Source: a virus
Lineage: Duplodnaviria > Caudoviricetes
Strand: one strand, 5' to 3'
DNA: 25,378 bases
IMG/VR virus record: IMGVR_UViG_3300035419_000049
Location: 1-25,378 of that record
Position 1 is the first letter of the stretch. Every line of letters begins with the position of its first letter. Of this stretch, positions 1 to 6,159 are shown piece by piece. The position numbers and the translations under genes are program-made. Under the pieces are notes generated by a model. The model made no database searches. It saw only the letters and a list, made by a program, of their open reading frames with translations, and was not told the DNA's origin.

Positions 1-291
1 TGCTTCATTTACTTCAGTGTCAGGGTCATCGGGAATAAAGTGACCATTTTCATCACGAGCACGTTCCATTGTAAGTTCTGTTTCTACTTTAGGTGCAGCA
101 GGTTTCTTTTTCTTAGCCTTTGGTTTGTCCATATCAAGAATAGATTTGATTTCAGGCACCTCTGTAATACGAGTACCTTTAGCATCTGTAGTGAGTACCA
201 TTTCTTTTGTACTCATACACATTACTGCATTGCCTTTATCCAAGACCATGTATCCTAGCTTTGTGATTTCATTCATCTGTTCGGGTGTCAT
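1..291 (-). CDS. Hypothetical phage protein, 3' end runs off the window; ends in RARDENGHFIPDDPDTEVNEA motif
   Basis: Not in the ORF track. ATG at 291 overlaps the TAA of the upstream ORF (TAATG coupling), and the frame is open to position 1 (MTPEQMNEITKLGY...). The RARD..G.F..DDP.T..NEA motif resembles one recurrent in alphaproteobacterial phage proteins. Confidence 0.8.
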   Translation of the reverse strand, partial: MTPEQMNEITKLGYMVLDKGNAVMCMSTKEMVLTTDAKGTRITEVPEIKSILDMDKPKAKKKKPAAPKVETELTMERARDENGHFIPDDPDTEVNEA

Positions 292-509
292 TACTTCTTC
301 CTATTATCTTTTGTATTTAATACCATACCGCCATAGCGATAATCGCTTGCACCTTTGGCACATTTCTGTGACGCTGTACATGCTTTAGGTGTAGGACACG
401 TAGGACAGGTTTTAAATGCCATTCCACCCTTATTCATGTAGCCCATTTTATTACGAACACCTTTAGGTAATTTAGCTAAACCTTTATTTCCTTGGGGTAC
501 TGGTTTCAT
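291..509 (-). CDS. Small basic protein with MNKGG/YRYGG motifs and four Cys; putative virion-associated
   Basis: ORF track; AAGGA SD upstream; coupled to next gene; KGLAKLPKGVRNKMGYMNKGG. Confidence 0.75.
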   Translation of the reverse strand: MKPVPQGNKGLAKLPKGVRNKMGYMNKGGMAFKTCPTCPTPKACTASQKCAKGASDYRYGGMVLNTKDNRKK

Positions 510-525
510 AGTTACATCCTTTTAC

Positions 526-774
526 TTATGCTATTATAAAGTCTACGATCTGACCGTCAGGTGTACGTAGTTTATTTGGATTAGGATTGTACGCATACAT
601 CTGATTCACTAGCTTTAAGTCTTCTACTGGCGTGTCAGGGGTGATACGATTAGGTTCTGGCTTCTCTTCTACATTATTCCTACTAGACCTATCTTTATCT
701 GCCTTCTCAAAGACAATGTTCTCATGTGTCTGGAAAGGCATACTAGGTAAAGGGAAGTGAGATATAAGGGTCAT
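526..774 (-). CDS. Hypothetical protein
   Basis: ORF track; TAATG coupling with the upstream gene at 774. Confidence 0.75.
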   Translation of the reverse strand: MTLISHFPLPSMPFQTHENIVFEKADKDRSSRNNVEEKPEPNRITPDTPVEDLKLVNQMYAYNPNPNKLRTPDGQIVDFIIA

Positions 775-968
775 TAAACGTTTGAACCAGTATTAAGTTT
801 GTAACACTTACCTTTTACGTACAGACCATTATTAGCTAACTCATTAGCTACAGCTTTTACTTCTTTGCTGCAATCTTCTTGTGTAGGAAACGTACCACCC
901 GTTCTTACCAGAACATCACACGTTGTAGCAATTGGTCCTGAACATGTTAAGAGAACAGCTAACCACAT
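774..968 (-). CDS. Small Cys-containing protein with hydrophobic N-terminus
   Basis: MWLAVLLTC...C...FPTQEDC...C pattern; TAATG coupling at both ends. Confidence 0.75.
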   Translation of the reverse strand: MWLAVLLTCSGPIATTCDVLVRTGGTFPTQEDCSKEVKAVANELANNGLYVKGKCYKLNTGSNV

Positions 969-1369
969 TACTTCTTACCTGAGTTTTGCGTACCTGCTAC
1001 AGATGCACCACAGTTAGCATAGCCACCCTTATTCATTTGTTTTGGACGTGCCTTTGGACGAGGCGTACTTGTAGGTTTAGTTTCTACGTAGTCCTTTGCT
1101 TCAGCTACAGCCCTTGTAATTGCCTCACGTAGAAGTGCCCTATTCTTTTCATCCGTTTCACTTTTTAAACGACTACGCATTTCTTCTAGTGACATCTTAC
1201 CTACAACTGCTGCAGTTAGTGCTGCCGCACCTGCGGCTTTAACTTGACCTTTGGCGTATGCACGTTGTTCACGTACAGCGGGTTCAACTTGACGTTGCCC
1301 ATCACTTGCAGGTTTCATTAACTTTTTAGCTTTACGTCCTTGACGTGCCATCGCTCCAAATAATCCCAT
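968..1369 (-). CDS. Basic hypothetical protein with C-terminal MNKGGY motif
   Basis: ORF track; TAATG coupling at 1369 and 968. Confidence 0.8.
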   Translation of the reverse strand: MGLFGAMARQGRKAKKLMKPASDGQRQVEPAVREQRAYAKGQVKAAGAAALTAAVVGKMSLEEMRSRLKSETDEKNRALLREAITRAVAEAKDYVETKPTSTPRPKARPKQMNKGGYANCGASVAGTQNSGKK

Positions 1370-2286
1370 TACTTCTTACCTTTCTTAGCATACCCGCCCT
1401 TTTTAAAAGTACGGGGTTTATCTTTGCCTGTGTCTACCATCCTACGTTCCATCCTACGTAGTGTAGCATCTTGACTTTCTGCTTTACTCATACGTTTAAG
1501 TCTAGCAAGATTACGTTTAGCTTCTTGTGTTAAACGGCTACGTGCTTCAAGGTTACGTACAGCTAACTTCATTTGATTAGGAGTAGGCTTGCCTAGTATC
1601 TCGCCAGTATCACGAACAATACCGTTTGTGTTGCTACCAATAAGCTCGCTATCTTTATATTTAGTTTTGGCACCTACTTTAATTTTTTTACCGCCTTCAC
1701 CTGCAAGGCTAATACCCTTATCTTTTTTTGATCCCACACTACGGGTTCCTGCTGCTTTACGTGTGCGTGATTTATCTGCAGCCGCACTAGCTCTATTTAG
1801 TATACGTAACGCCTCTTTTTCATCTGCAGTAGCTGTACCTTTTCTAACTTTAGCCTCAAGTTCAGTTACAGTTTTAGCACGTTTGCGTGAACCTTTAGAT
1901 GCAGCTTCCTGCATACGTGGTTCAGATAAACGACCACGAGTTACCTTACCAGCCATGCCTAACTCTACTTCATAGTCAGCTTGATCAGATGCACCACTAC
2001 GTCCTAAACGTCCTGCAGCAGCTTCAGAGCTACCTTTACCACGTGCCCTATCTTCAGCTACAGGTTTTTGTGTGCCTCTTGGATTTGCTTTACTTGTAAC
2101 ATTACCTGACTTTACACTAGCCATCTGATTATTTGCAGCAGATTTAATATCATTTAGTGCAGCTTTTTCTTTTTCGCCTTTAAGCTTTGGATTGTTTTTA
2201 ACTACCTTACGTGCTTCAGATGCAGCTTTACGTACATCCGTAACACTACCTGCTTTTTTTATAGCTTTAAGTAACGTAATTAGCAT
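1369..2286 (-). CDS. Highly basic Lys/Arg/Ala-rich protein (about 305 aa), C-terminal FKKGGY; possible internal head or DNA-condensing protein
   Basis: Start re-called at ATG 2286 (TAAGGA SD upstream) instead of the track start at 2334; function inferred from composition only. Confidence 0.8.
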   Translation of the reverse strand: MLITLLKAIKKAGSVTDVRKAASEARKVVKNNPKLKGEKEKAALNDIKSAANNQMASVKSGNVTSKANPRGTQKPVAEDRARGKGSSEAAAGRLGRSGASDQADYEVELGMAGKVTRGRLSEPRMQEAASKGSRKRAKTVTELEAKVRKGTATADEKEALRILNRASAAADKSRTRKAAGTRSVGSKKDKGISLAGEGGKKIKVGAKTKYKDSELIGSNTNGIVRDTGEILGKPTPNQMKLAVRNLEARSRLTQEAKRNLARLKRMSKAESQDATLRRMERRMVDTGKDKPRTFKKGGYAKKGKK

Positions 2287-2299
2287 AGTATATGTTTCC

Positions 2300-2593
2300 T
2301 TACCATTTAACTTTGTGTGACCAATAACGAGCACTTAACTTGCTAGGCTTAGAGTCCTGTGCATTGTGTCTCGCATAATAGCTTTTCTTACGTGCTTTGT
2401 CTTTAGCACTTGAGGGGTTCTTACCTGCACCGCTTACGCCCTGCTGTCCAAACCTAATAAATTTATATGTGTCACCTTCTTTAGCCATTACGCAGTGTGA
2501 CTTCTTAGGGTGCTTAGGTGTACGCTTAGGTTTGTTTACACCACTTAACCCTTCTTCTTTCATTTTAGTTTTGACTCGTTCAGGTATACTCAT
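2300..2593 (-). CDS. Conserved basic viral protein (IRFGQQG...R..Y.ARH...SARYWS...W; DUF5754/DUF6321-like)
   Basis: Motif recognition; start re-called at ATG 2593, which overlaps the upstream TGA (ATGA). Confidence 0.8.
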   Translation of the reverse strand: MSIPERVKTKMKEEGLSGVNKPKRTPKHPKKSHCVMAKEGDTYKFIRFGQQGVSGAGKNPSSAKDKARKKSYYARHNAQDSKPSKLSARYWSHKVKW

Positions 2594-2796
2594 CCGTCTG
2601 TCCAACCTTCTTCACGCATAGCCCACTCTACGTGCTCTAACGTAAACGGCTTACCATAATGGTTCTGCACGGCTTCTCGCACGTAGAATACATCACTATG
2701 GGGAATATGTAATTTATCTATAGTTCCATTAAGTACGTGGTTATAGAACTCTTCTAAAACATTGTCAGTATATAGTTTTACTGATTTTTTACTCAT
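2590..2796 (-). CDS. Hypothetical protein, first gene of the leftward operon
   Basis: ORF track gives TTG 2802; ATG 2796 is an alternative start; stop overlaps the next start. Confidence 0.65.
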   Translation of the reverse strand: MSKKSVKLYTDNVLEEFYNHVLNGTIDKLHIPHSDVFYVREAVQNHYGKPFTLEHVEWAMREEGWTDG

Positions 2797-2802
2797 TGTC
2801 AA
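2769..2802 (-). promoter_or_regulatory. Leftward promoter copy 2: TTGACA-N15-GTAAAACTATATA
   Basis: Consensus -35 at 2802-2797; the 13-nt downstream block is identical to copy 1 and at identical spacing. Confidence 0.65.
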
Positions 2803-2865
2803 GTACTTTCGTAATAATATACAAAGGCCCGCAACTAAAGTTACGTACTTCGTAGTGTACAGTTA

Positions 2866-2955
2866 AAGTGATACATATAAGTGATATATTAGTTAAGTAT
2901 AATTATATCTAACTATATTAACATCTAAGTGAAACATTTTAAGTGTAATCACTTA
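2866..2955. repeat. AT-rich tract with repeated AAGTG pentamers and inverted repeats
   Basis: AAGTG at 2866, 2879, 2927 and 2941; TAAGTG-TAAT-CACTTA inverted repeat at 2940-2955; imperfect inverted repeat at 2886-2918. Confidence 0.55.
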
Positions 2956-2977
2956 TAGTGTCATCTTAGTTTCTCTA

Positions 2978-3011
2978 TATATAGTTTTACACATTAATTG
3001 CCCCATGTCAA
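2978..3011 (-). promoter_or_regulatory. Leftward promoter copy 1: TTGACA-N15-GTAAAACTATATA
   Basis: Consensus -35 at 3011-3006; TAAAAC -10-like hexamer at a 16-nt spacing. Confidence 0.7.
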
Positions 3012-3435
3012 CCCCTAATCGTATTATTGTAACATAAAGTGACATACTGAAACAATTCGTTACCTATGATACATCACAATATGTTACAAAACTGTAACCA
3101 TAGTGTGTGTAAACCACTATATATGTAATGTGGTTAACACTTCATTTTTCCTGATCTGTGTATTTCTGTGTATACATATACGTACACCCCCCGCATGGCC
3201 CCTGCCCACCTGCCTCATGACACGCTTACACAGCATGTGACATGCATATGATGCGCTGGTGTACACACATTCCGTGACGCAATCCACCAGACTACACAAA
3301 GTGTAAGCAATTACATGGGGTTAGATAGACTGAACAACTGTTATGGAATCAGTTGCCATGCTTTAGCATGTATAATGACAGGGTTTTGTGATCACGAAGT
3401 GTGTTGCAGTGCCGATGCACATTTACCCCACCAAC

Positions 3436-3451
3436 TGTCCGACATCGGACA
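3436..3451. repeat. Palindrome copy 1, TGTCCGACATCGGACA (reverse orientation relative to the TG-centred copies)
   Basis: Read directly; 7-bp arms with a 2-bp spacer. Confidence 0.9.
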
Positions 3452-3618
3452 TGTCATAACTATGTTATGTTTACAAATACCCTACCCCACTAATCGTGAT
3501 GGTCACTGAGAGCCTCGCATGAGTTTTGCACACCAGTTTCGTAATTACTTGTAATTACTGCAACGGCACGGGAAACGACAGGCGCAGAGGATCACATGAA
3601 GAAACGACTTGACTGTAC

Positions 3619-3708
3619 TACTATCTTATATTAGTTACATAGATAGTTTATTACACTCACTGTTAAGTGAGAGTATAATAAACTCTCTTAATGTAACATA
3701 AGATAGTA
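3619..3708. repeat. Long imperfect inverted repeat (hairpin 1) upstream of the first early gene
   Basis: Left arm TACTATCTTAT..GTTACAT..AGTTTATTA..CTCAC pairs with right arm GTGAG..TAATAAACT..ATGTAAC-ATAAGATAGTA; preceded by TTGACT at 3609. Confidence 0.85.
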
Positions 3709-3720
3709 AGGAATAGAACA

Positions 3721-4314
3721 ATGGCAAAATCAGCAACAGCAACTGGTACTACAATTTCAGCATTAGTAGCAGAGGGCAAAGCCCTTGGTAAAATGTGGAA
3801 TGCAATTAACAGCGTTAAACAAACCACCAAAGCTAATGGCTTTGATACTCGCCTTGGTAAGCTTCTATCAGAGCTAAAAGCTCAGTCAACGGTTGATAGT
3901 GGTCAAATACCGACCCATGTTCTCCGAACACATGGTATTGCCAACATTGATCGCCGCCGCCGTTCAGAAGCTTTGTGGTTTTATGAAAACCAAGCTGACT
4001 GTGTTGAGTTCATGAAAGCTTCAAAGAAAGGTTACACATCACTTTCTGCTCTACAGAAAGCTATGAAAGCTGCTTCTAAAGAAGCTACTGCAGAAGCTAC
4101 TGTAGCTAAAGCTAAACCGTCCGATGTCGGACAGTCTGATGACAAACCAACAAACCTTGTACAGCACTCAGAAACCAAGGTTTCCGTTCCTGTTACTCGT
4201 TCCACAATGGTAAATACCATCATCAAGCAATGCGAAGCAAATGGCTTGGAGCTAGAGCAAGTGATTGAAGATTTAATTTCTAAGCTTGCTTTGCAAGAAC
4301 GGAAGGCATCATGA
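3721..4314 (+). CDS. First early protein, 197 aa; possible DNA-binding protein (DUF3102-like N-terminal part, RHH-like C-terminal part)
   Basis: TAAGGA SD; long ORF with strong GCT/GCA/AAA codon bias; the domain guess is by-eye inference. Confidence 0.85.
   Translation: MAKSATATGTTISALVAEGKALGKMWNAINSVKQTTKANGFDTRLGKLLSELKAQSTVDSGQIPTHVLRTHGIANIDRRRRSEALWFYENQADCVEFMKASKKGYTSLSALQKAMKAASKEATAEATVAKAKPSDVGQSDDKPTNLVQHSETKVSVPVTRSTMVNTIIKQCEANGLELEQVIEDLISKLALQERKAS
4119..4132. repeat. Palindrome copy 2, GTCCGATGTCGGAC, inside the CDS (encodes SDVG)
   Basis: AAACCGTCCGATGTCGGACA at 4114-4133. Confidence 0.9.
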
Positions 4315-4430
4315 GCAAAGCAGAAGCTTTGAAGCAAAAGCTTGAGCTTGCTAAGTTATTAGCAAATGTAAAATCACCAACCAATGAACCCACATTGATT
4401 TACGATAGTGGATGGAAGGAACCCAAATGA
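4311..4430 (+). CDS. Small hypothetical protein, 39 aa (MSKAEALKQKLELAKLL...)
   Basis: Below the track cutoff; ATGA overlaps with both neighbours. Confidence 0.65.
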   Translation: MSKAEALKQKLELAKLLANVKSPTNEPTLIYDSGWKEPK

Positions 4431-4597
4431 TTAAAATCATTCTCGCTGTAGCATGGATTGCAATACTTGTATTGCTTTCCTACTTAACCATTGCCGTTGC
4501 ATCTATCAATGGGCATATGCATATCCTAATTGCCGTTGGGGTTCCTGTGGCAATGTTAGGGTTTATCACAATTTGTGAACGTCCTCTTGACAAGTAG
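4427..4597 (+). CDS. Small membrane protein with two hydrophobic segments
   Basis: AAGGA SD before ATG 4427; IILAVAWIAILVLLSYLTIAV and ILIAVGVPVAMLGFI. Confidence 0.7.
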   Translation: MIKIILAVAWIAILVLLSYLTIAVASINGHMHILIAVGVPVAMLGFITICERPLDK

Positions 4598-4616
4598 TAT
4601 TACATAGTTATATAAA
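4587..4616 (+). promoter_or_regulatory. Sigma70-type early promoter TTGACA-N18-TATAAA (or N16-TATATA)
   Basis: TTGACA at 4587-4592; the -10 element lies in the left arm of hairpin 2. Confidence 0.55.
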
Positions 4617-4663
4617 CACTTGATACTTTAGTGAAAGTGTTATATAACATATGTATAATACTA
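4595..4663. repeat. Long imperfect inverted repeat (hairpin 2)
   Basis: TAGTATTACATAGTTATATAAACACTT ... AAGTGTTATATAACATATGTATAATACTA. Confidence 0.85.
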
Positions 4664-4678
4664 AAGATAACTGAAACC

Positions 4679-4692
4679 GTCCGATGTCGGAC
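4679..4692. repeat. Palindrome copy 3, GTCCGATGTCGGAC, between hairpin 2 and an RBS
   Basis: TGAAACCGTCCGATGTCGGACACTTTAAA at 4672-4700. Confidence 0.9.
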
Positions 4693-4711
4693 ACTTTAAA
4701 CGGAGTTTACT

Positions 4712-4948
4712 ATGGATTTAGATTTTTTCAGTGATTTGTATAAAGATGTACATGGCATCAGACCCCGTGGCATTGTTCCAACACCAGAAATGGTGGAGTA
4801 TTTACAACGTGAGTTGGAGTACCAACTTAATCAGGAACGTGCTGATGAAGATGCAAGCATCAATGCTTGTATGGATCATGGTGCTCCTGACATAGACACT
4901 GCTATGCGGTGGCTTGAACAAGCTAACATCCATGCTGAGTGGGTGTAA
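4712..4948 (+). CDS. Acidic hypothetical phage protein (SDLYKDVHGIRPR motif)
   Basis: GGAG SD; motif resembles one recurrent in phage early proteins. Confidence 0.85.
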   Translation: MDLDFFSDLYKDVHGIRPRGIVPTPEMVEYLQRELEYQLNQERADEDASINACMDHGAPDIDTAMRWLEQANIHAEWV

Positions 4949-5076
4949 GCAGATATAAGTACACTTGGAAGTTATATTTAACTTTCACTATACATAATCA
5001 ATGGTGTGAAGATAGGCCGACAGTCTACAACCCAAGTGTGCTTTTACCTGCTTACCAACTAAACGGAGTTTAAAAA

Positions 5077-5271
5077 ATGTTGGAAATTACTCGTAGATCA
5101 ATCATTTCTGGTGTTAAAAACACAATGAAACTTGACGTTACCATGCATGAGTACTTGCTATGGCGTGAGGGTATGCTCATTCAAGAGGCAATGCCTAACT
5201 TGTCAGCAGTGGAACGTGAGTTCCTCATTACAGGAATGAGTGAAGCAGAGCAAGCTGAACTTTATGTATAG
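5077..5271 (+). CDS. Conserved hypothetical phage protein (LIQEAMPNLSAVEREFLITG motif)
   Basis: GGAG SD; motif resembles a widespread phage family of unknown function. Confidence 0.85.
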   Translation: MLEITRRSIISGVKNTMKLDVTMHEYLLWREGMLIQEAMPNLSAVEREFLITGMSEAEQAELYV

Positions 5272-5326
5272 TATAAGTTATTTACACTTGATATTTATTG
5301 AAAGTGTAAATAACGTATACATATAC
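5266..5326. repeat. Long imperfect inverted repeat (hairpin 3)
   Basis: GTATAGTATAAGTTATTTACACTT ... AAGTGTAAATAACGTATACATATAC; apex nearly identical to hairpin 2. Confidence 0.85.
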
Positions 5327-5345
5327 TAACTACCAAATTGAAACC

Positions 5346-5359
5346 GTCCGACGTCGGAC
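5346..5359. repeat. Palindrome copy 4, GTCCGACGTCGGAC (perfect), between hairpin 3 and an RBS
   Basis: TGAAACCGTCCGACGTCGGACACTTTAAA at 5339-5367. Confidence 0.9.
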
Positions 5360-5378
5360 ACTTTAAAAGGACGATACA

Positions 5379-6008
5379 ATGTATCAACGTGATGTAAATG
5401 AAATCAAAGCTTTCGTAAAATGGCGTGGCCCAGATGCTTTGGTAAACACTGGCTTGTTTGTGTTGCTTACAATACAAGCTGGCCTATCCACAGTACGTGG
5501 TAGCATGGTCAAGGTTGAACGTGACTTCTACCAAGCAGATTGCTTGTGGGGCAAGAAAGCTGATGGCTACGAGTACCTAAACGAGAACCGTGATTTCTTG
5601 TATGGCAAGCTGTATCACATTGCAGACACCAAAGGTTACGAAAGTGTGGAAGCATGTGCCGATGTCATACAACTGTTTATGGCTGTACCTAACCTTGGCA
5701 TGGTCAAAGCTGCATTCCTTGCACAATGCTTAGGTTTCAATGTGGCATGTATTGACAGCCACAATATCAAGCGGTTGGGTATCTCACCAAACCTTGTCAA
5801 GACGCCACCATCAGGTATGAAACCCGCTACAGTTCGCAAGAAGGTTGAACAGTATGTGGAATTAACACAGCAAGAGGGCAGCGAGTACTGGTGGAACACA
5901 TGGTGTGAGTATGTGGCAGGGAACCGTGCCAACCGTGCTCTTGATACTGGTGATGTTGTGTCTAGGTATCATGTAGAATGTATAACATATGGATTTGAAC
6001 ATGGCTAA
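5379..6008 (+). CDS. HhH-GPD superfamily DNA glycosylase-like protein (OGG2-like motif)
   Basis: VPNLGMVKAAFLAQCLGFNVACIDSH matches a helix-hairpin-helix with Lys followed by the catalytic Asp-x-His; AAGGA SD. Confidence 0.7.
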   Translation: MYQRDVNEIKAFVKWRGPDALVNTGLFVLLTIQAGLSTVRGSMVKVERDFYQADCLWGKKADGYEYLNENRDFLYGKLYHIADTKGYESVEACADVIQLFMAVPNLGMVKAAFLAQCLGFNVACIDSHNIKRLGISPNLVKTPPSGMKPATVRKKVEQYVELTQQEGSEYWWNTWCEYVAGNRANRALDTGDVVSRYHVECITYGFEHG

Positions 6009-6159
6009 GAAAGTATCTGTGGGCATTGTAAATCCTGTGGCTAAAGCTATGCTACAATTACGCAAAAGCCCACAGGTAGTGCCATCTAAGAAAGGCAACA
6101 AACGTAAGCAAAGCAAAAAGGAGAAGCAAAATGCGATGCGAAATGCAAAACTTTATTAA
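6001..6159 (+). CDS. Small basic protein, 52 aa (NPVAKAM...QVVPSKKG), ArfA-like pattern
   Basis: Below the track cutoff; MAKKVSVGIVNPVAKAMLQLRKSPQVVPSKKGNKRKQSKKEKQNAMRNAKLY; overlaps the upstream stop. Confidence 0.7.
   Translation: MAKKVSVGIVNPVAKAMLQLRKSPQVVPSKKGNKRKQSKKEKQNAMRNAKLY

Noticed and set aside
40-2621. Plus-strand track ORFs over the leftward operon (40-258, 125-388, 1589-1975, 1899-2099, 2397-2621)
   Set aside because: Antisense shadows of translationally coupled minus-strand genes
3117-3509. Track ORFs 3117-3299 (-) and 3315-3509 (+)
   Set aside because: No SD, Cys/His-rich atypical composition, and located in the structured non-coding region
3859-4350. Cluster of AAGCTT/AGCT sites
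   Set aside because: Explained by AAA/GAA-GCT and AAG-CTT codon pairs in Ala/Lys/Leu-rich coding sequence
4032-5477. Minus-strand ORFs sharing the peptide CPTSDG (4032-4337 and 5295-5477)
   Set aside because: Shadow translations of the DNA palindrome, antisense to well-supported genes
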